Assembly: GCA_041653515.1 (NCBI GenBank)
Contig: JBAZFG010000006.1
Location: 484 to 64,483, forward strand
DNA length: 64,000 nt
DNA from: Candidatus Nanoarchaeia archaeon
Lineage (GTDB): Archaea; Nanobdellota; Nanobdellia; WJKC01
Direction of reading: 5' to 3'
The position numbers and the translations under genes are program-made. Under the pieces are notes generated by a model. It was not told where the DNA came from and did no database searches. It saw nothing but the letters and a program-made list of their open reading frames with translations. Position 1 is the first letter of the stretch. Every line of letters starts with the position of its first letter. Shown here one piece after another: positions 42,726-52,999 of this stretch.

Positions 42726-43943
42726 ATGAGAAAAGAATTATTTTTCCTAATAGGATTGATGGTTTTTTCTAGTGCTTTTGCGTATAATGCGACTGCTTAC
42801 TTATTTTATGGCAATGGTTGCCCTCACTGTGCTGAGGAAATAGAATTTTTTAATTCAATTAATATTAATGGTTTTACGCTTGAGAAATTTGAGGTATGGT
42901 ATAATGAGACTAACTCATTAATGTTTAATGAGTTTGCTAATGCTTATGATACTTTTGGTGGTGGTTCAGTGCCAAGATTATTTATAGGTGATAAAGTTTT
43001 TGTCGGCTTCATGAGTGATAATGGTATATTATTATATGCACCTAATTACAAAGCGTTCGCTGGTTATAAAAACATAATTACTGATGAAATTAATAATTGC
43101 ATAAACAATAATTGCCCTGACCCTTACGAAGTTGTTTATGGCTCAGTCAGCCCATCAATTATTAATGGAACTAATATTGATATTGAAACCAGCGAGTTAA
43201 CAGAGATTGAATTGCCTTTCATTGGCAAGATAAATGTTGTTGAATCATCATTGTTTTTCCTGACAGTAATCATTGGCTTGCTTGACGGGCTTAATCCTTG
43301 CGCTATGTGGATGCTGTCATTCTTACTTGCTTTTACTATCTCAACCCGCTCGCGGAAAAAAGTATTCACAGTTGGTGGCATATTCATATTAGTCTCAGGT
43401 ATTGTTTATTTCTTGTTCATTACTGCGTGGCTGAACGTTTTTTTGAGCACTGAAGTAATTTCATTTATGCGCTACGTGGCTGGCGGTTTTGCATTATTTG
43501 CTGGCATAATTAATATTAAAGATTTCTTTGCTTTCCAGAAAGGATTTTCACTAACTATTCCTGCTAAGTGGCAACCAAGGATTAAGAAACGGATGAAACA
43601 ATTATCAGTTGCTTCAGGCATTGGGATGATCGCTGGTGTAATAGTATTAGCTTTCACTATTAACTTAGTCGAATTATTATGCACGATTGGCTTCCCAGTG
43701 ATTTACTTAAAAATACTGTCACAGCATGGCCTGCCATTCATTGCCAACTATTTTTACTTAATATTATATGTGATAATGTACATGCTTGATGATACTATAA
43801 TATTCCTAATAGCAGTCTTTACATTGTCACGATTAAATATGAACCAGAAGAATGTTAGAGTCTTGAAATTATTCAGTGGCATAATGATAACAATACTGGC
43901 TTTAATACTAATGATTAATCCATCAATACTAATGTTTGGATAA
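42726..43943 (+). CDS. thioredoxin-like (CPHC) domain fused to DsbD/CcdA-like membrane thiol-disulfide transporter
   Basis: N-terminal signal/TM, then YGNGCPHCAEE. TM core with LLDGLNPCAMWML and LVELLCTIGFPV. Confidence 0.65.
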   Translation: MRKELFFLIGLMVFSSAFAYNATAYLFYGNGCPHCAEEIEFFNSININGFTLEKFEVWYNETNSLMFNEFANAYDTFGGGSVPRLFIGDKVFVGFMSDNGILLYAPNYKAFAGYKNIITDEINNCINNNCPDPYEVVYGSVSPSIINGTNIDIETSELTEIELPFIGKINVVESSLFFLTVIIGLLDGLNPCAMWMLSFLLAFTISTRSRKKVFTVGGIFILVSGIVYFLFITAWLNVFLSTEVISFMRYVAGGFALFAGIINIKDFFAFQKGFSLTIPAKWQPRIKKRMKQLSVASGIGMIAGVIVLAFTINLVELLCTIGFPVIYLKILSQHGLPFIANYFYLILYVIMYMLDDTIIFLIAVFTLSRLNMNQKNVRVLKLFSGIMITILALILMINPSILMFG

Positions 43944-43945
43944 GA

Positions 43946-45367
43946 TTAATATTGCTTTGAATACAAGACAACGTACTTGGCTTTGTCTTTGCAGAAAGCG
44001 CAGGTTTTGCTGAATAACTGTTCATTAAAAGGCATGTTAGCGCTCTTAGCGCCTAAGTCATTCTTGAGTTTAATTTCATGCTCTGGGTCGCCGCACCAGC
44101 AAGCCTTGGCAACAAAGCCGTCCTTAATAGTTTTGTATAACTCAGTTTTAGTCTCAACTTTCTTGACTTTACTTTTTAAGACTTTGACTGCATTATCAAA
44201 CAACTCATTGTGGAATTCTTCAAGCAAAGCCTTAACATCCAAATCCTTTACTTTAATAAAACTCTTGCCGCCAGTGCGTTTAGCAACCACTACCTGTTTC
44301 TTTTCAATATCACGCGGCCCTAACTCAATCCTTAATGGCACGCCCTTCAACTCCCAGTGATTGAATTTCCAGCCAGGGCTCTTATTTGATTCATCAATGA
44401 ACACTCGTGCCTTGATTGACTTAGCAAGCTTACGAGCTTCCTTTAAGACTAATTCTTTAGTATCATCTTTGTAAATCGGCACAATAACAACTTGATATTT
44501 AGCAAGTCTTGGTGGTAACACAAGACCTTTATCATCACCGTGAGCTAATATCATTACACCAATACTCCTAATACTAATGCCCCACGAGGTCTGGTAAGCA
44601 TACTCACTCTTGCCTTTTTCATTAAGGAATGTAATGCCTAATGCTTTGCTGAAATTTTGACCAAGATAATGGCTCGTGCCTGCCTGAATTGTCCTGCCGT
44701 CAGGCAACACTGTTTCAGGACTGAATGACTTGTCAGCGCCAGCAAAACGCTCAGCCGGCGTCTTCTCACCCAGAATCATTGGGATAGCAAATAGTTCTTT
44801 GTAAATCTTCTCGTACAACTTTAAAGCATACATTTGGTCAGCGAGCGCTTCTTCTTGTGTCGCGAAAGCACAATGGCCTTCCTGCCATAAGAACTCGCGC
44901 GGTCGCAAGAAAGGATTAGTTTGCTTTTCCCAACGAATAATATTACACCACTGGTTAATCTTTAACGGCAAGTCACGCCAAGAACGAATCCACTTAGTAA
45001 ACGAGTCATATATTATCATCTCGCTCGTCGGCCTGATATACAATTCTTCTTCTAAATCATCATCACCTGCTTTAGTGCAAGTCAGTATTTCAGGCGCGAA
45101 ACCCTCTACATGCTCTTTTTCCTTCTCAATCAAACTTTTAGGCATGACTAATGGGAAATAAGCGTTGTCAACGCCGTACTTTTTTAATTCCTTATTAAAC
45201 CACTCCATTACTTGTTCCCAGATAAAATAACTCCACGGCTTTAAGATGTGAAAACCCTTGACTTGCGAGTAATCAATCATATCAGCTTTATTTAATACCT
45301 CAGCGTACCATTCCTGAAAATTACTTTTATTAGCTTTTAATCCTTGCTCTTCGCCCATTAAAAACAA
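43946..45367 (-). CDS. proS: prolyl-tRNA synthetase (archaeal/eukaryotic type)
   Basis: Class II motifs (YIRPTSE, FLWQEGH, RTIQAGTSHYLGQNFSK), a C-terminal Zn-binding-like domain, and a terminal Tyr. Confidence 0.9.
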   Translation of the reverse strand: MFLMGEEQGLKANKSNFQEWYAEVLNKADMIDYSQVKGFHILKPWSYFIWEQVMEWFNKELKKYGVDNAYFPLVMPKSLIEKEKEHVEGFAPEILTCTKAGDDDLEEELYIRPTSEMIIYDSFTKWIRSWRDLPLKINQWCNIIRWEKQTNPFLRPREFLWQEGHCAFATQEEALADQMYALKLYEKIYKELFAIPMILGEKTPAERFAGADKSFSPETVLPDGRTIQAGTSHYLGQNFSKALGITFLNEKGKSEYAYQTSWGISIRSIGVMILAHGDDKGLVLPPRLAKYQVVIVPIYKDDTKELVLKEARKLAKSIKARVFIDESNKSPGWKFNHWELKGVPLRIELGPRDIEKKQVVVAKRTGGKSFIKVKDLDVKALLEEFHNELFDNAVKVLKSKVKKVETKTELYKTIKDGFVAKACWCGDPEHEIKLKNDLGAKSANMPFNEQLFSKTCAFCKDKAKYVVLYSKQY

Positions 45368-45438
45368 TAAAACTCTCTTTTTTTATTAATCTTTTTAATT
45401 CGAAAGAGATATTATTAAGAAACTAGTAAGAAAACACT

Positions 45439-45939
45439 ATGAGCCTTGAAGCTTTAAGGGAAGTTGTTAAATTATTCGAAGCCAATAAGATTGATTACTG
45501 GGTGACTGGTGGTTATGCGATTGATTTAGCTGTTGGTAAAATAACTCGCAAGCACAAGAACGTTGACTTATTAATCAGGATTGAGAATTCAGGCAAAGTC
45601 CGCTCACTGCTTGAAAATAAGGGTTATTTGATTGATTACGAGCGAGATAAACTAGTTGCCAACAAGAATGACTTGATTATTAATTTAATAATGATTGACA
45701 TTTACAAAGATGATTATGTTATTCCAACTCTTAATATTGACTTGCATGTGCCCCAATCAATAATGGATAAGACTATTAAGGGTGCTGTTGATGAGATAGT
45801 TGGTCGTCGGTTGCCAAACGAGTTATTATACACAATAGTTCGTTACTCACCAAACCAATCTGATGTAGTGATAGCGTCAAACCTAAGAGTTGATAAATCA
45901 TTATTGAAAGGAATAAAAATAATTGTTAACAGAAGATAA
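45439..45939 (+). CDS. nucleotidyltransferase-fold protein (aminoglycoside/lincosamide NTase-like), tentative
   Basis: IDYWVTGGYAIDLAVG...KHKNVDLLI resembles G-x-A-x-D...DxD NTase cores. Weak call. Confidence 0.4.
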   Translation: MSLEALREVVKLFEANKIDYWVTGGYAIDLAVGKITRKHKNVDLLIRIENSGKVRSLLENKGYLIDYERDKLVANKNDLIINLIMIDIYKDDYVIPTLNIDLHVPQSIMDKTIKGAVDEIVGRRLPNELLYTIVRYSPNQSDVVIASNLRVDKSLLKGIKIIVNRR

Positions 45940-45968
45940 TTAAAATACTAACTCATTAGAATAATTCA

Positions 45969-47138
45969 ATGAAGCGTTTGAGTAGCCTAAAGGCAATGAG
46001 AGTTCTTGACTCTAATGGTTATTATACCATTAAAGTTGAGGCTATATCTGGTAAAGAAAAAGCCATGGCTATTGTACCTGGAGGTAATAGTAAAGGCATT
46101 AATGAAGTTGAGACCATTAACCCGTTGAGCGCTGTTAAGCGCGTGAATCACTTAGGTGGTAAACTAAAAGGTTTAAGTTTAGATGATATTGATGATAAAT
46201 TAAAGATTGAATCAGGCAACGTCTCAACTGGTATTAGCATGGCAGTTCACCGATTAATTGCTTTAACTAATGGTGTGGAATTATATGAATTATTCGGCGG
46301 AAAATTACTCCCTACTCCGTTCATGAACGTGATTAACGGAGGGGTTCACGCTGGCAATAAACTATCTTTTCAAGAATACATGATAGCGCCTTCAACCCGC
46401 AATTTTAGTGAATCATTAATGATGGGTGTTGAGGTTTATCATGCGCTTAAAGAAGAATTAATTAAGAAGTATGGTCACTTAGCTGTTAACGTTGGTATGG
46501 AGGGTGGTTTTGCGCCACCAATGAAAAGTGTTGAAGAACCATTAATAATCCTGACTAAAGTATTAAGCCGGCTTGGTTATTCAGAGGAAGTTAAGTTAGC
46601 GGTTGATTGCGCAGCCACCCAATTCTATGATGGCAAGCATTACTTAATTGATGGTAAAAAGATGAGTCGTGATAAATTAATTGATTATTATGAAAAAATA
46701 GTGAGTGATTATCATTTATTCAGTATAGAAGACCCATTATACGAGGAAGACTTCATTGGTTTTGCAGAACTAACCGCTCGGTTAAGGGAAAAAGCGCAAG
46801 TGGTTGGCGATGACTTATTAGTCACTAACCCCCGACGAGTTGAGCGCGCGATTAATGAGAAAGCTTGTAATACTTTACTATTAAAAGTTAATCAAGTAGG
46901 TACTGTGTCCCGCGCAGTTCAATCCGCTTGCTTAGCAATGAATGATTCATGGAAAATAATGGTCAGCCACCGCTCAGGCGATTCATGCGACCCGTTCATC
47001 GCTGACTTAGCAGTTGGGCTTGAAGCAGGCCAAATAAAATCCGGCGCGCCATGCAGAGGCGAGCGAGTCAGCAAGTATAATCGATTACTAGAAATTGAAG
47101 CAAGACTTGGTCGCAAAGCAAGATTTAACCTTTTATAA
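45969..47138 (+). CDS. eno: enolase (short form)
   Basis: RVLDSNGYYTIKVE, SIEDPL, VGDDLLVTN, LLLKVNQVGT, SHRSGDS, IKSGAPCRGERVSKYNRLLEIE. Confidence 0.9.
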   Translation: MKRLSSLKAMRVLDSNGYYTIKVEAISGKEKAMAIVPGGNSKGINEVETINPLSAVKRVNHLGGKLKGLSLDDIDDKLKIESGNVSTGISMAVHRLIALTNGVELYELFGGKLLPTPFMNVINGGVHAGNKLSFQEYMIAPSTRNFSESLMMGVEVYHALKEELIKKYGHLAVNVGMEGGFAPPMKSVEEPLIILTKVLSRLGYSEEVKLAVDCAATQFYDGKHYLIDGKKMSRDKLIDYYEKIVSDYHLFSIEDPLYEEDFIGFAELTARLREKAQVVGDDLLVTNPRRVERAINEKACNTLLLKVNQVGTVSRAVQSACLAMNDSWKIMVSHRSGDSCDPFIADLAVGLEAGQIKSGAPCRGERVSKYNRLLEIEARLGRKARFNLL

Positions 47139-48537
47139 CACCAAGCGGTTTAAGCCTGACTACTCGCTTAGCAATACCTGCTGCTTCACTAACGCGAACA
47201 ACTTCATCAACATCCTTGTAAGCACTTGGTGCTTCATCACTAACACTACTAATGTTTCGAGTTTTAAGAGTAATGCCCTTATCCTCAAGTGATTTCTGAA
47301 CTGACTCACCAGTCCAGCTTCTGGATGCTTGCGCTCGGCTCATTAAACGACCAGCGCCATGAGCAGTGCTAGCAAATGATTCATTAATACATGATTCTAA
47401 GCCAACAACAATGTAGGATGCAGTGCCCATCGTGCCTGGAATCAACGCTGGTTGACCAACACTCTTGTATGCTTCAGGCACTAACGCGTGACCTTTAGGC
47501 AAGCAACGAGTCGCGCCTTTCCTGTGAAGATAAAATTTCTTCCCATCAAACACTTCAACCTTGCAGATATTATGACAAACATCATAGACTTGTTTTAATT
47601 CAGTCTTACCAAAAATTTCATTAAAACTCTTCCTGACTTGATGCGCAATAACCTGCCTGTTACACCAAGCAAAGTTAGCTGCAGCGCCCATTGCTTTTAA
47701 GTAATCATTGGCAAGATTACTCCCGCCAGGTGCATAAATTAGTTCACGGTCAGGCAGTGAATTAATTAATTCAGGGTATGATTTCTCCATTAAGCGAATA
47801 TAATCACTACAAACTTGATGGCCTAAACCACGTGAGCCGCAATGAATCATTACAGTGACTTGACCAACGTGGTCAATACCAAACGCTTTGGCTGTAATTG
47901 GGTCAAATATTTTATCAACCCGTTGAATCTCAAGAAAATGATTGCCTGCGCCAAGACTGCCTAACTGGTCGCGTCCCCTTGAACGCGCTTTCTGACTAAC
48001 TTTAGCTGAGTCAGCCATCATCCGACCTTTCTCCTCAGTCCTGTCAAGGTCATCTTGTGTAGCATAACCATTACGCAAAGCCCACTCAGCGCCTTCATTA
48101 AGCACTTGATTAAGGTCTGCTTCACTTAGTTTGTCTAATTGGCCTTTGACTCCAACACCGCTTGGCACGTTGCGGTAAAGAGCTGAGATTAATTTATCAA
48201 TCACTTTAATCACGCTTTTATCATCTAAATCACTCCTGAGCAGTCTGACCCCGCAATTAATATCATAACCAATACCACCAGGACTAATACCTCCGTTATT
48301 AATATCTAACGCAGCTACTCCTCCAATTGGGAAACCATAACCTTGATGGCCATCAGGCATGCATAGCGCGTGTTTATAAATACCTGGCAGGCACGCAACA
48401 TTGCTTAATTGTTTAAGAGTATTATCTCTTTTCATTAATTCAAGCAGTTTCTCTGAAGCAAAAACATAAGCAGGCACTTTCATCTTGCTAGTTTTGGGCA
48501 CTAACCACTTGTTATCATTAACTTTTTTTAATTCCAT
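47125..48537 (-). CDS. rtcB: RNA-splicing ligase RtcB
   Basis: GYDINCGVRL, GAGNHFLEIQ, MIHCGSRGLGHQV, VCHN, STAHGAGR. Confidence 0.95.
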   Translation of the reverse strand: MELKKVNDNKWLVPKTSKMKVPAYVFASEKLLELMKRDNTLKQLSNVACLPGIYKHALCMPDGHQGYGFPIGGVAALDINNGGISPGGIGYDINCGVRLLRSDLDDKSVIKVIDKLISALYRNVPSGVGVKGQLDKLSEADLNQVLNEGAEWALRNGYATQDDLDRTEEKGRMMADSAKVSQKARSRGRDQLGSLGAGNHFLEIQRVDKIFDPITAKAFGIDHVGQVTVMIHCGSRGLGHQVCSDYIRLMEKSYPELINSLPDRELIYAPGGSNLANDYLKAMGAAANFAWCNRQVIAHQVRKSFNEIFGKTELKQVYDVCHNICKVEVFDGKKFYLHRKGATRCLPKGHALVPEAYKSVGQPALIPGTMGTASYIVVGLESCINESFASTAHGAGRLMSRAQASRSWTGESVQKSLEDKGITLKTRNISSVSDEAPSAYKDVDEVVRVSEAAGIAKRVVRLKPLGVIKG

Positions 48538-48584
48538 TGAGTTATTGAAAAAGATTTATATTCTTTAAATCTTTTGTAAGACAA

Positions 48585-49481
48585 ATGAGAGATGTTATGA
48601 TTATTGGTGCTGGCCCAGCAGGTCTTAGCGCGGCTATTTATTGCCGTAGGTTCATGATGAAGACAACTGTTATTGGGCAATTATTTGGTGGATTACTCAC
48701 TACTACTCATTTTGTTGAGAATTGGCCTGGTGAGCAAAGAATTCAAGGCAGTGACTTAATGAAAAAGATTGAATCGCACGCTCGAGCAACGGGTGCTGAA
48801 TTGATTAATGATGAAGTTAAATCAGTCAATAAGGATAAAGGTTTTTTCAAAATTAAGACTTCAACTAACTCTTATAGTGCTAAGTCAATTATCATTGCAA
48901 CAGGTACTTATCACCGTCGTTTAGGAGTTAAGGGTGAGGGTGATTTTTATGGTAAAGGGGTTAGTTATTGTGCTGCTTGTGATGCTCCTTTTTTTAAGAA
49001 TAAATTAGTTGGTGTTGTTGGGGGCAGTGATAGTGCTTGTAAGGAAGCGTTATTATTAAGTGAGCATGCAAAGAAGGTTTACATTATTTATCGTAAGGAT
49101 AAATTGCGCGCTGAACCAATAATTGTTGAGCGAATTAAGAATTCAAAAAACATTGAGGTAATCAATAACACTAATGTCAAGAGTATTAATGGTGATAAAG
49201 TATTAAGAAGTGTTTCCTTTGATATTGGTAGAGAATTATTACTTGATGGTTTATTCATAGCAATTGGGTTAGTTCCTCAGACTAATTTAATCAAGAGTTT
49301 AGGTGTTAAGCTTAATGCTAAAAGTGAAGTAATAATTGATTGTCACGCAAAGACTAATATTAAAGGTGTGTTCGCTGCAGGTGACTGCACTGACTCGCCT
49401 TACAAGCAGGCAATTACTGGTGCAGCTGGCGGAGTGATAGCTGCGTTTAATGCTTATGATTATGTAGAATCAAATATCTAG
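48585..49481 (+). CDS. trxB: thioredoxin reductase-like FAD/NAD(P) oxidoreductase
   Basis: IIGAGPAGLSAA, redox CAACD, GGSDSACKEA, AAGDC. Confidence 0.85.
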   Translation: MRDVMIIGAGPAGLSAAIYCRRFMMKTTVIGQLFGGLLTTTHFVENWPGEQRIQGSDLMKKIESHARATGAELINDEVKSVNKDKGFFKIKTSTNSYSAKSIIIATGTYHRRLGVKGEGDFYGKGVSYCAACDAPFFKNKLVGVVGGSDSACKEALLLSEHAKKVYIIYRKDKLRAEPIIVERIKNSKNIEVINNTNVKSINGDKVLRSVSFDIGRELLLDGLFIAIGLVPQTNLIKSLGVKLNAKSEVIIDCHAKTNIKGVFAAGDCTDSPYKQAITGAAGGVIAAFNAYDYVESNI

Positions 49482-49865
49482 CACTACTTGCGCCATCTTG
49501 TCAGTGATTGTCATGTCATTGTAAGTTATTGCTTTAACAAGGTTTCTTAATTCATGCGAGTCATTAATCTTTTCACCCCAAGCAGTGGCTTTAAGTGAAT
49601 TATTCTTGATAATTATTTTGAACTTAGCGAATAATAATCGCTTTGACTCACTGAATAATAATAATTCTTCGAGGAAATCATACATTAGTGATTTTAAGTC
49701 CTCTGCTTTAATCTTGAATTCTTTTTTGATTGATGGCTTGACTTTTTTAGCGTCAGTGATTGTTTCAGTAAACGCTAGTGCAGCGTTCTCAAAGACTTCA
49801 TTTAAGTTCTTGCCATAAGCCCTAAACTTAGTGTCTGCTGTGTGCTCCAGGAAACGAAATTTCAT
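49470..49865 (-). CDS. archease (RtcB activator)
   Basis: MKFRFLEHTADTKFRAYG...AITYNDMTI. Confidence 0.85.
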   Translation of the reverse strand: MKFRFLEHTADTKFRAYGKNLNEVFENAALAFTETITDAKKVKPSIKKEFKIKAEDLKSLMYDFLEELLLFSESKRLLFAKFKIIIKNNSLKATAWGEKINDSHELRNLVKAITYNDMTITDKMAQVVLDI

Positions 49866-49918
49866 TATTGTCTTGTAAAAGATAAATCATTATTAATAAC
49901 TAACTGCATATAATTTAT

Positions 49919-51346
49919 ATGGTGCTTAAATTAACAGCCCCTGATGATTACTCTTTTACTTTCAGTGAACTGCGCTTCATGACTGGTCTTACTAAGCGTG
50001 ATTGCAAACCTGATACAAGGACTTATTTGGATAAGGATAAGAAGATTAAGCTTAACATACCATTGCTTAGTTCAGCCATGCAATCAGTTAGTGGACCTAA
50101 ACTTGCTATTGCATTAGCTGAAGCTGGTGGTTTGGGTGTTATTTATTGCAGCCAACCAATCGATACTGAGGCTGAAATGATAAAGCAGGTAAAAACTCAT
50201 AAAGCAGCTTTTATCATTAATCCAACGACAATAAATTATGACGCAACAATTAACGATTTATTAAACTTATACAAAATACATCATTCAAAACACTACCCTG
50301 TTATTGATGGTGAAGGTTTGTTTAAGGGTTTTGCGACTTATTCGATGAATATGGAATTATTAAGTGATTCTGAAAAGAATAGTTCAATATTGATTGAGGA
50401 TTATGGTTGTCTTGATGGTAAATTAGATGTTAAACAAGATGATGTTAAACAATTTTTCACTAAGAACCTTAAAGTTAAGTGCGTGCCAATAGTTTACCAA
50501 AAGAAATTGCAAGCAGTATCTTTTTCAAAAGACTTGGTTGAAGCGCAGAATAATCCTGATCAATTTTTTGATAGTAAAGGTCGGTTAATGGTTGCTGGCG
50601 CGATTAATACTAAGGATTATGAAGCTCGTGTGCCTGCTTTAGTTGATGCTGGTGTTGATGTATTATTAATTGATTCATCAGATGGTTTTAGTGAGTATCA
50701 AGCTGATGCTATTAATTTTGTTAAAAATAATTATAACCTGCCAATTGTTGCAGGCAATGTTATTGACAAACGAGGTTATCAGTACTTGGTTGATGCTGGG
50801 GCTGATTGTGTTAAGGTTGGGATTGGCGGTGGCTCAATTTGCATCACGCAGGAAGTTAAGGGCATTGGTCGCGGTCAAGCCAAAGCTGTTTATGAGATAA
50901 GCAAGAGTGTTGAGCAAGCTGGTGTGCCAATAATTAGTGATGGTGGTATAGCGCAGGATGTTGACATACTAAAAGCACTTGCTTTAGGCGCTAATGCTGT
51001 GATGATGGGTCGTAAGTTCGCTGGCTTTGAGGAGAGCCCTACTAAAACTATGGAGATTGGTGGTGCAAAAATGAAACCTTATTGGGGTGAGGGTACTAAC
51101 CGCGCCCAGAACTGGCAGCGTTATGGTCATAAACTTGATGTTGAGGAGGGGGTTGAAGCTTTTGTTCCATTCTCAGGCCCGCTCAAGCAGGGTGTTAATG
51201 AGACTGTTATTATGCTTAAGCAAATAATGTGCAATCTAGGTGTTTATGATATTAATCAACTTCATCAGGAAACAATAATTGAATACGTTAGTGAGGGTTC
51301 TAGAGCTGAAGGTAAACCTCATGACGTAAAATTATTCCATAGATAA
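49919..51346 (+). CDS. guaB: IMP dehydrogenase
   Basis: Catalytic loop VGIGGGSICITQEV, ISDGGI, MMG. A CBS-like insert lies between barrel halves. Confidence 0.85.
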   Translation: MVLKLTAPDDYSFTFSELRFMTGLTKRDCKPDTRTYLDKDKKIKLNIPLLSSAMQSVSGPKLAIALAEAGGLGVIYCSQPIDTEAEMIKQVKTHKAAFIINPTTINYDATINDLLNLYKIHHSKHYPVIDGEGLFKGFATYSMNMELLSDSEKNSSILIEDYGCLDGKLDVKQDDVKQFFTKNLKVKCVPIVYQKKLQAVSFSKDLVEAQNNPDQFFDSKGRLMVAGAINTKDYEARVPALVDAGVDVLLIDSSDGFSEYQADAINFVKNNYNLPIVAGNVIDKRGYQYLVDAGADCVKVGIGGGSICITQEVKGIGRGQAKAVYEISKSVEQAGVPIISDGGIAQDVDILKALALGANAVMMGRKFAGFEESPTKTMEIGGAKMKPYWGEGTNRAQNWQRYGHKLDVEEGVEAFVPFSGPLKQGVNETVIMLKQIMCNLGVYDINQLHQETIIEYVSEGSRAEGKPHDVKLFHR

Positions 51347-51358
51347 AATTATCTATGT

Positions 51359-51769
51359 TTGTTGGATGATAATCCTTATAAACTGTACTTACTTACCAGT
51401 GAATACATAGCGTATTCGGGGGGGTGTACAAAAATGTCTAATGGATTGGTAGTTAGGGAAGGTAGTATTGACTTGAAAAAAGCAAGGGTTTATGCTTCTA
51501 GACAGAGGATTCCTTTTATTGACCTAAGAGATGGCTTAAGTTATTCTAATATAGACCAATTAAACCAGTGTTTATCAGTTAGAATAAGTAATGTTTTCAG
51601 GCGCCCAATAAGGGTTAGCATAAACTCATTCTTTAAAGGTGAGTGTTTGGGAAATAATTTCGTCGCAATATTACCCCATGACTTTGTTAATGATTTTATG
51701 GTAACAACAAAGCGAATGCCCGGCAGTATAATAACTGACTTAAATTATAATGAAGCAATACTTGCTTAA
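51359..51769 (+). CDS. hypothetical protein (136 aa; TTG track start, ATG alternative at 51434)
   Basis: ORF track only. Confidence 0.35.
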   Translation: MLDDNPYKLYLLTSEYIAYSGGCTKMSNGLVVREGSIDLKKARVYASRQRIPFIDLRDGLSYSNIDQLNQCLSVRISNVFRRPIRVSINSFFKGECLGNNFVAILPHDFVNDFMVTTKRMPGSIITDLNYNEAILA

Positions 51770-52965
51770 TGACCTCTTAATTTTTTAGCCTCAATTAATC
51801 GTTTAATAGCTAATGCATAAGCGCCTTGACGCAAAGAACAATTAAGTTTTTCAGATTCCTTAACAACTAACTCAAGATTACTAATCATCTTAATCTTTAA
51901 CTTATCAATCAACTCGCTTTCAATCCAATAAAAACCCTGATTATTTTGAACCCACTCATAATAACTAACAATCACGCCGCCAGCATTGCACAACACGTCA
52001 GGGTAGACCAGCACGCCCTTCTTCTCAAGAATTTTATCAGCCTCATTGTTAATCGGGCCATTAGCCACTTCAACAATAATCTTAGCTTTAATCTTATCAG
52101 CGTTCTTTTCAGTAATCATATTCTCAACAGCAGCAGGCACAAGGATGTTAGTGTCCAATTCTAATAATTCTTCATTAGTAATATTATGCGCTAACTTAAA
52201 ATCCTTAACTCCTCCAGTATTATTCTTATGATTAATTAATTCAGGAATATTAATCCCTTCATTACTATAAACACCTGACCTTGAATCACTAACTCCAATA
52301 ATTTTATAACCATTTTTGTAAAGCATTAACGCGAGGTTCAAGCCAACGTTGCCAAAACCCTGAACAATAACATTTGATTTTGAAGAAATATTCTTAATAA
52401 TAAAGAACGCGCCAAGAGCAGTTGATTCATTTCTTACGAGACTGCCACCAAGCACTAATGGTTTGCCAGTCACAACGCCTGGTTCATGATAACCTTTAAT
52501 TGTCTCATACTCATCAAGCAACCAACTCATTACTTGCGAGTTAGTGTAAACATCAGGCGCAGGCACATCAATGTTACTGCCAATATCCTTAGCGATTGAG
52601 CGGGTAAAACACCTAGTTATTAACTCGAGCTCTTCATTATTTAATGATTTAGTGTCAATTGTCACACCACCCTTAGACCCGCCATAAGGGATGCCTGCAA
52701 GCGAGTTCTTAATAGTCATCCATAAAGCCAGCGCCTTAATTTCATTTAGGTCAACGTTTGTGGTGAAGCGCAAGCCACCTTTATAAGGCCCGAGTAATGA
52801 GTTATACTGAACCCGATAGCCAGTGAAGTATTTAATCATACCTTTAATGCGCGTTGGAAACGAAGTAATAATTATTTTCTCAGGCTGTTGCAAGAATGAT
52901 AAATCCTCTTTTAATAAAAGAGCCACACTATTAAGCTTCTTAAGAGAATCCTCATAAACATTCAT
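51766..52965 (-). CDS. gdhA: glutamate dehydrogenase
   Basis: GPYKGGLRF, IPYGGSKGGV, Rossmann VQGFGNVG, VPAAVEN. Confidence 0.9.
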   Translation of the reverse strand: MNVYEDSLKKLNSVALLLKEDLSFLQQPEKIIITSFPTRIKGMIKYFTGYRVQYNSLLGPYKGGLRFTTNVDLNEIKALALWMTIKNSLAGIPYGGSKGGVTIDTKSLNNEELELITRCFTRSIAKDIGSNIDVPAPDVYTNSQVMSWLLDEYETIKGYHEPGVVTGKPLVLGGSLVRNESTALGAFFIIKNISSKSNVIVQGFGNVGLNLALMLYKNGYKIIGVSDSRSGVYSNEGINIPELINHKNNTGGVKDFKLAHNITNEELLELDTNILVPAAVENMITEKNADKIKAKIIVEVANGPINNEADKILEKKGVLVYPDVLCNAGGVIVSYYEWVQNNQGFYWIESELIDKLKIKMISNLELVVKESEKLNCSLRQGAYALAIKRLIEAKKLRGH

Positions 52966-52999
52966 GAATAAACAAGAATTGTGTCATTATTTAAGTATT

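Noticed and set aside
43977-44360. Plus-strand 127-aa ORF inside proS
   Set aside because: It is an antisense shadow of a clearly identified class II prolyl-tRNA synthetase.
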